DNA of 64,000 nt from Verrucomicrobiia bacterium (GTDB lineage: Bacteria; Verrucomicrobiota; Verrucomicrobiia; Limisphaerales; UBA1319). Shown here piece after piece: positions 1 to 10,769 of the stretch. Below the pieces are notes generated by a model that saw only the letters and a program-made list of their open reading frames with translations, did no database searches and was not told the origin of the DNA. Made by a program: the position numbers and the translations under genes. Position 1 is the first letter of the stretch; each line of letters begins with the position of its first letter. The stretch covers positions 4,352,001-4,416,000 of the forward strand of contig OY760937.1 of assembly GCA_963664225.1 (NCBI GenBank), in the 5' to 3' direction.

Positions 1-19
1 CGAAACTATGGTCTGCCCC
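1..19 (+). repeat. Terminal motif of repeat A, + orientation, cut by the window edge
   Basis: CGAAACTATGGTCTGCCCC resembles CGATACTATGGTTTGACCCC (reverse complement of 662-681). Confidence 0.55.
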
Positions 20-28
20 GGTCCTTGT

Positions 29-538
29 TCATGGTTGAATCTTAGCCAATTCAGCATCAGCCCTCCTCTGAATTGCCCCCCCTACAAGCTGAACAAGTTC
101 CAGACACTGGGCACTGTGGAGTGCCATGCCGCACTGCTTCAGTGACGTGAAACATTTTCGGGCTTCAACAATGTCGTTTTTCAAAACCGCATCGCTCCCG
201 GCATGTGCTACTTCCACTGCCAGAAGCTTGAATGCGTCAAGCTGAGACAGCATCTCACCTGATTTCGTCGCACGTTCGCCACGCGATAACGCCTGCCACT
301 GACTTTCGGTGAGGCTCAACGCCGAATCTGGCGTAAACAATGGACGAGCGCTCCAGTCGGCCTCGAGAAAACGGCTGACTGCTGTTGTTTTATCTCCCTG
401 CTGCCAGGCCATCATGGCTGGCTGCGTAATCGGTATAGCTGCTGACGGCGAAGTGGAACTGGGTTGGGCAGCTTTCTTGCCGCATCCAGCGAATAGAAGC
501 AAGGCGCCAAGAGCTGCGCACATTGTCATTGTTTTCAT
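29..538 (-). CDS. Hypothetical lipoprotein (cassette-array gene 1)
   Basis: MKTMTMCAALGALLLFAG-C signal with lipobox; start taken at the Met at 538 rather than 577; no family recognised. Confidence 0.7.
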   Translation of the reverse strand: MKTMTMCAALGALLLFAGCGKKAAQPSSTSPSAAIPITQPAMMAWQQGDKTTAVSRFLEADWSARPLFTPDSALSLTESQWQALSRGERATKSGEMLSQLDAFKLLAVEVAHAGSDAVLKNDIVEARKCFTSLKQCGMALHSAQCLELVQLVGGAIQRRADAELAKIQP

Positions 539-661
539 GGATTTTGTCGCTAATAAGTATATCTGGGCGTTGGCCATCAGCCATTATAATAGTTTGGCAT
601 ATTTAGAACGCACGGGGTCAGACGAACGACGCGGTTGCCGGCATAGGCATAGGCAGACATA

Positions 662-691
662 GGGGTCAAACCATAGTATCGTTCACTTTTG
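662..691 (-). repeat. Terminal motif of repeat A
   Basis: GGGGTCAAACCATAGTATCGTTCACTTTT; same core as at 2824, 4501 and 5466. Confidence 0.85.
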
Positions 692-785
692 TCAGATTTG
701 TGCGTTGATGGTTGAGAGGCCATGGTGCGTAATATGTTATAAAAACGCGTTAACCAATGGTTTGCGATATAACGAGGTAAAACGA

Positions 786-826
786 GCAGGGGCGCGTGCT
801 CTGAGCCCCAGCTCGCGTGCCCCTGC
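786..826. repeat. GC-rich imperfect palindrome (REP-like hairpin)
   Basis: GCAGGGGCGCGTGCT...AGCTCGCGTGCCCCTGC. Confidence 0.6.
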
Positions 827-1130
827 GGTCGAAATCCCTATTCTCATCGGTTCTTCACCCATATACTCTCGTTTGGACCAATGAATTATCCCCCGCTAAT
901 TCCGGAAGACCCCTATTTATAAACAACCTTTATGAGTTTTACAAGGTATTCCGATAATTAGAACGTCAGCTCGGAAAATCGACAGGAAAGAGTGAACAAT
1001 CCAAATGGGTGACCCCTTTTCCCGATCTGATTAAAATCGGTTGCGCCTCAATCCCGCCGCCCGTATCACGTTTAGTCATATTGCACGTCTCCTGGTCTAA
1101 CTTGCTTTAGGTCGCATTCCTCCGTTCGCC

Positions 1131-1232
1131 AACCCCACGCGGCGGCACCTTCTCAATCATCCAATCGCTCCAGAACCGCCCAACACTCCTCCCTCTCCGT
1201 CGCCAGATGGAGAGGGCCGGGGTGAGGCTCTT
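1131..1232 (+). repeat. Repeat B copy 1 (MITE/REP-like)
   Basis: ACCCCACGCGG.GGCACCTT...CTCCGTCGCCAGATGGAGA.GGCCGGG.TGAGGCTCT, shared with 3068-3170 and partly with 2587-2660. Confidence 0.8.
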
Positions 1233-1817
1233 CGCATATTTTGTTCCTCATCAAGTGTCACTTATCCATTCTTCTCTTTTCCCCATCCTGACCATCCTCC
1301 AACCATGTTCCATCACGCCCATTCCCAGCGCCGGAGACGCGGCATGTTTATAGAACGCCGCCTCCCCATCGAATTTCCAAGCTCAAGCGGAGCGACATGC
1401 TAATTGGCTATCCCCTGAGCCTGCTTCAAAACACCGCAAACTAGGTTGATGAGATTGAACATATCTGGACGGAGAGCCCTGACCATTACGACACCGACCA
1501 TTTAGAAAACGCCTGCCAATGACAAAATGGCGCAATCCTTTTTAATCCGTTTTTACAAAAAACTACCGTTTGCCATGCCAAGCCTGAAGGCAGACGAATA
1601 AGTCCAAGTCCACCAACAAAAAATGTCGGTCGGATTATTAAAGAATTCCAGCGAACTGAAAAAAATCCGCCGATTATTTTGAACGAGTCCGACGATCTGC
1701 TGCTGGGGGAACGGAAAATAACCACGCCCCCAATCGACTTTATTGGGCGTTGTTCTCGCCACCTTAGCACAATGAAGCGGCTCTAGCTGCCTCAAGTCCT
1801 ATTAAGACCTATGGAAA

Positions 1818-2303
1818 TTATGTTTTGCGATTACAAAGCAAAAAGTCTTTTCTATATATTCTGGTAACTTGAAATATAATAGATACTGTATTTAGACCGA
1901 TTAGCAATAATAGTGCTTCGTTTATTCTAGTAACAAGAAGTGGTATTTTCAGTGTAACATTATGGAATGAATTTGAATAATACTTACTTGTGTATGGGAA
2001 CAACCAAGTATCTCCATGATATGGAAGGAACCAGAACTCTCTGGTAACCACGCCTAATATTGTATTATTAGAATGAACTATGGCTACTACACCTAATGAA
2101 CGAAGCTCATCAGGAAGCATGATCAAATATTCAGTCCTAGTTACATATATATCATATCCTTCAATATATCGCAAATATATATTACACGTTCTAATCGAAT
2201 CCTTACATATTATGTACGCGATTATGCACGCTAATAACATTTGTATGTTAATGCACACTAAGTGTCGTTTAACAAACCTTCCTAAGGTTAATAGCATTTT
2301 CAT
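1818..2303 (-). CDS. AT-rich hypothetical membrane protein (cassette-array gene 2)
   Basis: Very AT-rich ORF with N- and C-terminal hydrophobic segments; the extension to 2420 runs into repeat A, so the start is placed at MKMLLTLG. Confidence 0.6.
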   Translation of the reverse strand: MKMLLTLGRFVKRHLVCINIQMLLACIIAYIICKDSIRTCNIYLRYIEGYDIYVTRTEYLIMLPDELRSLGVVAIVHSNNTILGVVTREFWFLPYHGDTWLFPYTSKYYSNSFHNVTLKIPLLVTRINEALLLLIGLNTVSIIFQVTRIYRKDFLLCNRKT

Positions 2304-2334
2304 TAATAAGTCATTCAAAATATGCTTCAGTAAA

Positions 2335-2537
2335 GGGAGCAAACCAACCATTGTCTCTTTTTCACGTTCCGACTTATCCGCCATCACGCCTCCAGACCTG
2401 CACCTGCCCGAACCAATCAAGCTCAGCCGATCGAATTTTGCCTATCGCTTGGCCGTTCTCATGGCAATCCCATCGTTGAAAACAATCGCAGCCTGCTCCC
2501 CATCAACCGCCTTGGCAACAGGAACTTTGCCGCCCTC
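2335..2537 (-). repeat. Repeat A copy 1 (~200 bp, degenerate terminus)
   Basis: ...GCCCGAACCAATCAAGCTCAGCCGAT...TTGGCCGTTCTCATGGCAATCCCATCGTTGAAAACAATCGCAGCCTGCTCCCC...GCCTTGGCAACAGGAACTTT aligns with copies 2-4. Confidence 0.85.
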
Positions 2538-2586
2538 TGTTCCCTGATTTGCCTTCCGCGTACTCGCGCCCATTCCTTCGTCCGTC

Positions 2587-2660
2587 AGCCCCTCGCGGTA
2601 CCAGTTTCCAAATCGTCCAATCGTTCAGAAAACGCGAAAAACTCCTCACTCTCCGCTCTG
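2587..2660 (+). repeat. Repeat B partial copy
   Basis: TTCCAAATCGTCCAATCGTTCAGAAAACGCGAAAAACTCCTCACTCTCCG similar to 3087-3136. Confidence 0.65.
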
Positions 2661-2820
2661 GGGACCACGTTGCGCGAAGCGCACGTCCATTTTTGGGTAA
2701 CCAACTCGTGGCGGGCTTGGGAAGCCATAGGGTCGGGGTGAGGTGGATTTTCGGGTCCTTCCACACTAATTCTCCGCGTTCTCCTCGTCTCCGCGTGGTG
2801 CATTTTCCCGCCCATTAGCG

Positions 2821-3000
2821 CCCAAACCATGGTATCGTTCACTTTTCAAATTCTGATTTGTTCAATATCACGCCTTCAGGGCTGTACCCGCCCGAACCGA
2901 TCAAGCTCAGCCGATTGGGCTTATGGCTTGGCCGTTCCCATGGCATCACGTCGTTGACAATAAATGCAGCCTGCTCCCCATAAACCGCCTTGGCAACAGA
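2821..3000 (-). repeat. Repeat A copy 2 (no cargo gene next to it)
   Basis: CCCAAACCATGGTATCGTTCACTTTTCA...CCGCCTTGGCAACAG, highly similar to 5463-5642. Confidence 0.9.
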
Positions 3001-3067
3001 AGATCTCGTCCGGTTAATTATCCATCCTGTCCATCCTGCGCATCCATGTAAAAAACGGCCCCCGTTA

Positions 3068-3170
3068 ACCCCACGCGGAGGCACCTTCCAAATCATCCAA
3101 TTGTCCAGGAACCGCGAAAAAGTCCTCCTTCTCCGTCGCCAGATGGAGAAGGCCGGGATGAGGCTCTCTT
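3068..3170 (+). repeat. Repeat B copy 2
   Basis: Similar to 1131-1232 by direct comparison. Confidence 0.8.
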
Positions 3171-3300
3171 TTTCTTTCATTCACCCGAAGTCGACCGTAA
3201 GAACCCCGCCACCCGCATCACATCCAATGCATTTCGCACATCTCGTGGCCTGCCATGTTTTCGTTCCACTCCTCCCCACACTCAAGTCCCACGCAGTCCT

Positions 3301-3522
3301 CAACCCGGAACGGGTTGCAATCACTCAGCCCCGGGTCGCGAGGCACGAGCAACCCGGGGTTCCCGTCCCCAGAATTCGCCTACGCTGTAGGCGTTGCATC
3401 AAATTCAAACGCTGTCCCCCAATCCCCAGCGCCAACGGCGCGACCCATATCAGCCTCGGCTGGAGCGAGTCCGCGAGCCTAGGTAAATCATCCCCAACAT
3501 CACTAAAAGCCCTGTAGGGGCG
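3301..3522. repeat. Cluster of REP-like palindromes
   Basis: CAACCCGGAACGGGTTG, CCCCGGGTCGC...GCAACCCGGGG, GCGCCAACGGCGC and GCCCTGTAGGGGC hairpins. Confidence 0.6.
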
Positions 3523-3903
3523 TCCCATGCGGTTGCACACTCGTTCCGCAACAAGTTTCCATCCGTATCGCGGACGTCCTCGTCTGTGGGTTATCCGGGC
3601 ATCCTCGGACGGCAATCGGACTCATAATCTCCGTAGCTGAGCAAGTCATCCGCTGTTTCAAGGCGTAGCTCTTTCAAGGGGAATCGAAACCTCGGATGTC
3701 TTGCGCGAGGGGGTTCCGTGCTTGGTGTTATAAGTGCCAAATGCACATTCTGGCACCAGCCACGAAAAAAACTTCAAACTCCTTTTGACACCACGGGAAA
3801 GCGAAAGACGGTCAGGACGGGCGACGGGGTGGTGCCTTCCCGCCATGACGGCACATGGCAGCGCAGGAGGAAAACATTGCGTCACCGCTGATTAGCACAT
3901 TCC

Positions 3904-4410
3904 CTATGGTTTATTTGCCCCTTGGCCATTTGTATTAATGCCTGACGACTCTCCTTTGGCACCAACAAACAGTCCAGCTCTGTCCATCACAGAACTCCAT
4001 GCCGAAATATATTTATCCATGACAGGTGTTATCTTAACAGCTTCGGGTTGGAGGGGCCCGAGGTAGGGCAAAGTCATTTCGGCATCATTTAACTTCTTAA
4101 GTGTGGCATCACGCAAACCGACAGGAAATGGCCCCAACGTTTCCAACTCTTTAGAAATTATTTCAAGGCGGTCTACCAATGGATCCACCTTCGCCAAAAA
4201 GCCGACAGCGTTGGTATTGTTTAACTGAAATACGGCATCTCCAAAATCATGCTCAACGAAAACAATTTCTTTTGCGATTGCTTCTTGTTTCTCGAGCACT
4301 CCATTCTTCCGCGTTCCCGAAAAGTCACCATTTGATAGGCGGGAATTTGTTTGGGATTCGCACGATGTCAAAAACAGCAAGCCAATCAAGGCCAATATCG
4401 AATAATTCAT
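3904..4410 (-). CDS. Hypothetical lipoprotein (cassette-array gene 3)
   Basis: MNYSILALIGLLFLTS-C lipobox; AT-rich; no family recognised. Confidence 0.75.
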   Translation of the reverse strand: MNYSILALIGLLFLTSCESQTNSRLSNGDFSGTRKNGVLEKQEAIAKEIVFVEHDFGDAVFQLNNTNAVGFLAKVDPLVDRLEIISKELETLGPFPVGLRDATLKKLNDAEMTLPYLGPLQPEAVKITPVMDKYISAWSSVMDRAGLFVGAKGESSGINTNGQGANKP

Positions 4411-4498
4411 AACTTGAAATGGCAATTCACCGATAAACTCCTATTTGGGAAGCTATCCTTCCCCATGCTCCTGTCTCATCAAATTGAGTTCCCCCGTT

Positions 4499-4694
4499 CC
4501 AAACCACAGTATCGCTCACTTTTCATATTCTGATTTATTCCCAAACCAGCCTCCAGAGTTTTGCCCGTCCGGAACAATCAAGGCCCCCACTAAGATTTGG
4601 CTTATGGTTTGGCCGTCCTCATGGCAATCACATCGTTGACAACAAATGCAGCCTGCTCCCCAAACGCCGCCTTGGCAACAGGAATTATGCCGCC
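4499..4694 (-). repeat. Repeat A copy 3
   Basis: CCAAACCACAGTATCGCTCACTTTTCATATTCTGATTTATTCCC...GCCTTGGCAACAGGAATT. Confidence 0.9.
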
Positions 4695-4849
4695 TTCCAC
4701 CCTCCGCCCTTATCTGAGTTTGACGGTGTTAATCTGTGGCCAACTGTTTTCCCCTCTTTTCCACGGGCAAGATTGTGGCGCTCCCTTAGCGCCAATGCCA
4801 CGCTGCCCCGTTGGATGAAAGCGACTGCTGCAATGGGCAAAATGATCAG

Positions 4850-4880
4850 GAAAAGTGAACCATACTATGGTTTGATTCCT
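4850..4880 (+). repeat. Terminal motif of repeat A, inverted orientation
   Basis: GAAAAGTGAACCATACTATGGTTTGA is the reverse complement of the repeat A terminus with one mismatch. Confidence 0.85.
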
Positions 4881-5002
4881 TTACAGAAAAAAACCGAAAA
4901 AGAATAATAATCGGTGCAGAAACGTTTTATTCTTTTGATCCCTGCCCTAATGGGTGACCCCTTTAGAATTGGAAGCCTATTTTTCGACCGGCGGGGTGAC
5001 TC

Positions 5003-5443
5003 TTACTTTGATGGCATGGACGCTTGTTTTTTGTAGGGAGCATCAATGCCAGTGCGCCCCCATAGCCAATCATCACCACCGATTTCAATTTTTCCAAATC
5101 TACGCCGCAATCCGATAATTTGCGGTTTTACGTTTTTAAGGTCATCAAAGTTGGTAACCATTTGGCTGAAACCATTAATTACGACCATAAACGCACTGAA
5201 GTGTAGTGCTCCATTTTTCTCATCAAATCGCCACGTTCCATTTACGATGGCTGTTTTATCATTTTCTTTGATTTTAATTGTTTGTGTATATCGGTTGTCT
5301 GGATTAATGATCAACATGTCCGTCGCAAATCCAAAGTCGGCAATATAGGTTCCAGCCAAATCGGATATTTTTATAGACCCTCCACACCCCGACATAAAAC
5401 CCATCAAGATCACAACGAGCCACCATTTTATTCGTGAGTCCAT
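5003..5443 (-). CDS. Hypothetical lipoprotein (cassette-array gene 4)
   Basis: MDSRIKWWLVVILMGFMSG-C lipobox; beta-rich 'DLAGTY...GTWRF' pattern; the extension to 5509 lies inside repeat A. Confidence 0.75.
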   Translation of the reverse strand: MDSRIKWWLVVILMGFMSGCGGSIKISDLAGTYIADFGFATDMLIINPDNRYTQTIKIKENDKTAIVNGTWRFDEKNGALHFSAFMVVINGFSQMVTNFDDLKNVKPQIIGLRRRFGKIEIGGDDWLWGRTGIDAPYKKQASMPSK

Positions 5444-5454
5444 TATAATAGGAA

Positions 5455-5656
5455 AAGGGTCACCCAAACCATAGTATCGTTCACTTTTCATGTTCTGATT
5501 TATTCCCAAGCCAGCCTTCTGAGCTGTGCCCGCCCGAACCGATCAAGCTCAGCCGATTGGGCTTATGGCTTGGCCGTTCTCATGGCAATCCCATCGTTGA
5601 AAACAATCGCAGTCTGCTACCCACAAACCGCCATGGCAACAGGAACTTTACCGCCC
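5455..5656 (-). repeat. Repeat A copy 4
   Basis: AAGGGTCACCCAAACCATAGTATCGTTCACTTTTCATGTTCTGATTT...ATGGCAACAGGAACTTTACCGCCC. Confidence 0.9.
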
Positions 5657-5876
5657 GCGCCCCGCTTTTTTGACCAAGGACCAAGGACTATGGACGTTTT
5701 TTAGACGACTTCCTCAATTATCCTTTGTCCATTAACCCTTCCGCTCTTTTCCCATCCTGTCCATCCTGACTATCCATGTCGATTTCTCTCTGCCCTCTAC
5801 CCGGATCGCTGTTCGCTGTCGGATGTTCGCTTTTCCTCGATTGCCCATTGTCAAATATCCATTGACTTCGCCCCAT

Positions 5877-7577
5877 TTAATTCGCTTGTCGGCTCCTGAA
5901 ATACTGGGATCGCAAATGGCTATCCAGCGTGTTGGTCACCTGCAGCCGGCCCGCCGTCGCTGTGTTCGTCTGGAAGGGCGCCCATTTGGGCGACATCAGG
6001 TTCGTGGTGCTTTCCCACACATAATTGGATCCAGTCTGGCCCCTGAAACAGAACTTCAACTGGTTGGTCGCATAATGGTGGAGGGTCATCTTGTTGAGTT
6101 GCAGCGGCAGAATCACCACATTCGTGGCCACCGCAACCGAGGAAAATCCGTTTTTGTCCGTCACCATCACCGAGAAAATGCGTGTTCCTGCATCCAGATC
6201 CAGTTCGCTCCAACGGTATGGTTGGAAATCGTAGGCCTCGTGGCTGACCCCAAGAATCGTGGAGCCATCAAAAAACGTGACCGACGCGATCTCCGAGTTC
6301 CCCGGTTGCAGATTGGCGACCATCCTTAAATCGGTGCATGCTGCCAGGGTCGTGTTGTTCGTCGGGTAAACCAGCGTGATTCCCGGCCCGTTGTTCACCA
6401 CCGAAATGTGAACCGGAGCCGACGTCGTCGCATTGCCGCCTCCGTCAAAGGCCACAGCCGTGAAAGCATATTGTCCCGCCAACAAGCTGTCCGCCAGAGT
6501 GCTGTACGAGCCTCCCGATACTGAAGCGAGCAATTTGGTGTCCTGATAAATATCGACCCGCGCAATCGATCCCCCGGGCTGCGTCGCCTCCGCATTCACC
6601 GGAAACGTTGCCGGCGCCGTAAAACTCGAGCCTTCTGCCGGAGCGGTGATGTGAACCTGCGTTTGGCTGACCGACAAGTTTCCAATCAGCACAATGTGCG
6701 GACTGTTCCCGTCGGAGGTGGCCGCCAGAAAATCTCCGGTAATGGGGTCCACCGTGATGCCCGTGACCAGATAATAGTCCGTCAGAAAGTCGCGGAGCGT
6801 GCTGGCGACAGGATCGCCATTGGCATCCACTTCATACGCCACAATGCGATCGTTCTGCATGCTCGCAATCAGCACACTGCTCTTCGCAAAAGCCGGTTTT
6901 CCCGCCTGCACATAGGCCAGTCCCTGCCCGTAATTGACGATCTCGATGTAGTTGCCAACAGGAGCAATGTCATAGGTGCCCCCGCCGTCCGCCGTTACCG
7001 TCGTGTCGTACCAGGAAGAAGACGCCGCGCCGGAAAGCTTGAGCCGCCCCGCGCCGGGAAAACCCGCGGGCACAAACAACAATCCACCGCCACCGCCGTC
7101 CATGCCCAGATCGCTCATCAGCACTTGTTTGCCTGGCGCAGTGCTCCCCGGTTTGATCTGGCTGATCCCGCCCTCGTGCGTGGACGTGTAAAACAGGACC
7201 CCATTGGGCGCATAGTCCATTCCACCGTCAATGCCCCATCCCGAATTCACGCCCGTCGCATCCGCAAAAAACGAGGCCGTCGCGGCAAATCCCGTAATAT
7301 GCTTCTGCGCGTCCCGCGTCACCTTCACCTGATAAATCTTGGCCGCCAGATCGCCCATGCTCCCCGCCACCAACAGAGTCTCAGGATCGCCCGCCTTGAA
7401 CACCACGGCCCCATAAGCTGACGGCACATCCCCCGCGGCGCCAACATCTCGGACGCTGTAAATAGACGAAAAGTCCGGCCCCAGTGTTTGAGCAGGGCCG
7501 CTGAACGTGGAGAGACAAACGAGAAATGCAGCCGGTACAGCCGCAAAATGAGGAATTCTGGGATGAAGCATGCGCAT
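5877..7577 (-). CDS. Secreted protein: propeller-like N-domain, two bacterial Ig-like domains, C-terminal beta domain
   Basis: Signal peptide; 'ITAPAEGSSFTAPA...AGQYAFTAVAFD..GNATTSAPV' Ig-like repeats; C-terminus ending QYFR. Confidence 0.8.
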   Translation of the reverse strand: MRMLHPRIPHFAAVPAAFLVCLSTFSGPAQTLGPDFSSIYSVRDVGAAGDVPSAYGAVVFKAGDPETLLVAGSMGDLAAKIYQVKVTRDAQKHITGFAATASFFADATGVNSGWGIDGGMDYAPNGVLFYTSTHEGGISQIKPGSTAPGKQVLMSDLGMDGGGGGLLFVPAGFPGAGRLKLSGAASSSWYDTTVTADGGGTYDIAPVGNYIEIVNYGQGLAYVQAGKPAFAKSSVLIASMQNDRIVAYEVDANGDPVASTLRDFLTDYYLVTGITVDPITGDFLAATSDGNSPHIVLIGNLSVSQTQVHITAPAEGSSFTAPATFPVNAEATQPGGSIARVDIYQDTKLLASVSGGSYSTLADSLLAGQYAFTAVAFDGGGNATTSAPVHISVVNNGPGITLVYPTNNTTLAACTDLRMVANLQPGNSEIASVTFFDGSTILGVSHEAYDFQPYRWSELDLDAGTRIFSVMVTDKNGFSSVAVATNVVILPLQLNKMTLHHYATNQLKFCFRGQTGSNYVWESTTNLMSPKWAPFQTNTATAGRLQVTNTLDSHLRSQYFRSRQAN

Positions 7578-7901
7578 GTTGTATCAGCGCAACCTATTCG
7601 TTGCAAGCTATAAATCGTCAGATGTTTAAAGTCTCGATCGCATGACAAAAATCTTCAGTGCCGGGAGAAAACCCGTAAAATCTGGTGAAAGCAATAAGCA
7701 AACATAACAAACGGCATCAATGAAAATAATATCGTAAAAAAATAACGCCGCACAGTTGACAGGCGAAAGGGATGCGGTATAAATACGACAATATAGATCG
7801 TATATAAGACCGAAACGATCTGAGTGAATTTTGTGGGTATTCGGCCATGCAATGTCGCATGGCCGTTTATTGGCCTTAAATAACGACTTAAATGGTAGTA
7901 T

Positions 7902-8180
7902 ATGTCGCACGCTGAAAAAAACGAACGGACCCAATCGAACCCGGGAATCGAATCCTGGCTCGCCACCGTCCAAAACCGGGTTCACGCCATCCAGTATGGC
8001 GTCGTGCAAATCACCATCCACGAGGGCCGTGTCACCCAGGTCGATGCGACAGAAAAATTGAGGATTCCCTGGGAGGGCGTCCTGTCAGAGAGCCGACCCC
8101 GCACCGGGAGGCCCGATTCAACCAATATCCAACGCCAGCAAACGCCGACCGGACTCCCGGAAGCCAACTGGGGAGAATAA
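7902..8180 (+). CDS. YezD/DUF2292 family small protein
   Basis: 'IQYGVVQITIHEGRVTQVDATEKLR' motif; family typically found at the head of sulfur-uptake operons. Confidence 0.8.
   Translation: MSHAEKNERTQSNPGIESWLATVQNRVHAIQYGVVQITIHEGRVTQVDATEKLRIPWEGVLSESRPRTGRPDSTNIQRQQTPTGLPEANWGE
8092..8165 (+). promoter_or_regulatory. Tandem hairpin motif (stem-GA-CCRG-N4-CYGG-A-stem), pair 1
   Basis: GCCGACCCCGCACCGGGAGGC and GCCGACCGGACTCCCGGAAGC just before the ATG at 8184. Confidence 0.5.
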
Positions 8181-8183
8181 ATC

Positions 8184-9227
8184 ATGAGCAAGCAGCTATC
8201 GAAAAATCGTTCCATCCAACGCCTGATTGGCGCCGGGCTGGCCGCATTGCCGGCCTTCGCCCTGAGCGTCAACGCCGTTGACCAGCAGTCAACCGGCGGT
8301 CAACCGGTTGACTCCACCAGCACAACCGCCACCGCGGAATCCAAAACGGACTCAAAACCCGTTCCAGCAGAGAAACCTGCACCGCTTCCCTTGCATCAAA
8401 TCGAGGGAAACGGCGGCATCTTCTCGACCCTCTCCGCCTACCTCGTCAATCCCCCCCGCAACGGCGAATTAGTCGGCCGCCCCAGCGTGGGCTTTGCCTA
8501 CGTCGATATTGGGCAAGGCCGTAATCTGGAAGCCTTTACAATTACCGAGAGTCCCTGGAAACGACTCGAGTTGGGGTATGGTTGGGACCGTCTGGACCTG
8601 GCGGATCTGCCCCAGGACGTCGAACGCGCCACAGGAATCCGCCTGCGCAACGACGAGGTTGAACTCCATAATTTCAACGCCCGCTTGAATCTTGTGAAGG
8701 AAGGCGACTTCGATCAGAAATGGGTGCCCGCAGTCACCTTCGGCACGCATTTCAAATACAACGACGGAATAAAACAAATTTCCGACGACCTCAAGCCCGC
8801 CCTCGGTCCAGGCGGTTTGCAGGCACAAGGCATCACCGGTGATAGCGGAACGGATTTTACCCTTTACGCCTCCAAAATGCTCACTTTCCTGCCGCGCCCC
8901 GTTTTGCTGAACGTTGGAGGTCGGGCCACTGAAGCCGCCCATATCGGATTGCTCGGTTTTACCAGTGATTACGAGTTCGTGGCCGAGGCGAACGTGGTGG
9001 TATTTGTGACCGATCAACTGGCGCTGGCGGCGGAATATCGCCAGAAGCCAAACAACTATAAACCGATTGGGGACCTCGTGGGCCGCGAGGACGACTGGTG
9101 GACCATCGATGCGGCCTATGTGGTGAACAAGAATCTCACGCTGGCGGCCGGTTACGGTCATTTCGGGCAGGTGCTCAACCACGAGGCCAACGGCGTCTGG
9201 GGCATCACCACGAAGTGGGAGTTTTAA
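8184..9227 (+). CDS. DUF3034-like probable outer-membrane beta-barrel protein
   Basis: Signal peptide, 'HQIEGNGG' motif, 'AEYRQKPN', amphipathic strands, C-terminal WEF. Confidence 0.65.
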   Translation: MSKQLSKNRSIQRLIGAGLAALPAFALSVNAVDQQSTGGQPVDSTSTTATAESKTDSKPVPAEKPAPLPLHQIEGNGGIFSTLSAYLVNPPRNGELVGRPSVGFAYVDIGQGRNLEAFTITESPWKRLELGYGWDRLDLADLPQDVERATGIRLRNDEVELHNFNARLNLVKEGDFDQKWVPAVTFGTHFKYNDGIKQISDDLKPALGPGGLQAQGITGDSGTDFTLYASKMLTFLPRPVLLNVGGRATEAAHIGLLGFTSDYEFVAEANVVVFVTDQLALAAEYRQKPNNYKPIGDLVGREDDWWTIDAAYVVNKNLTLAAGYGHFGQVLNHEANGVWGITTKWEF

Positions 9228-9252
9228 ACAACGATTTGAATTCAACAAATAG

Positions 9253-10569
<1,317 letters not shown>

Positions 10570-10684
10570 GCTGTTCCGCATGACGCATTATTAAGAATTA
10601 AATGGCTCGGATCGGCGGGGGTGCCTCTTTAACCATGGCGCTCGCTCCTCCTGCGAAAGCCTCCGCCGTCCGTGCCATGACCTT

Positions 10685-10752
10685 CCGACCAGTCGACTGG
10701 CGGTTCACACAATAAAACTGAAATGGAAACTGACCGGATCACCGGAAGTTTC
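10685..10752 (+). promoter_or_regulatory. Tandem hairpin motif, pair 2
   Basis: CCGACCAGTCGACTGGCGG and GAAACTGACCGGATCACCGGAAGTTTC just before the ATG at 10770. Confidence 0.55.
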
Positions 10753-10769
10753 ATGCCCGAAATAACTAC

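Noticed and set aside
722..755. dif-like site (GGTGCGTAATATGTTATAAA)
   Set aside because: Only partly resembles dif; it lacks the 11-6-11 arm spacing.
1486..3885. Short ORFs such as 1486-1770, 2585-2842, 2839-3180 and 2990-3517
   Set aside because: They run through repeats and palindromes, and frames are not preserved between repeat copies.
1..5800. CRISPR array
   Set aside because: Repeats are ~200 bp or irregularly spaced, the intervening DNA is gene-sized, and no cas genes are present.
1..5800. Classical integron
   Set aside because: No intI in the window, and I could not find consistent RYYYAAC...GTTRRRY attC palindromes after the genes; the repeats lie upstream of them.
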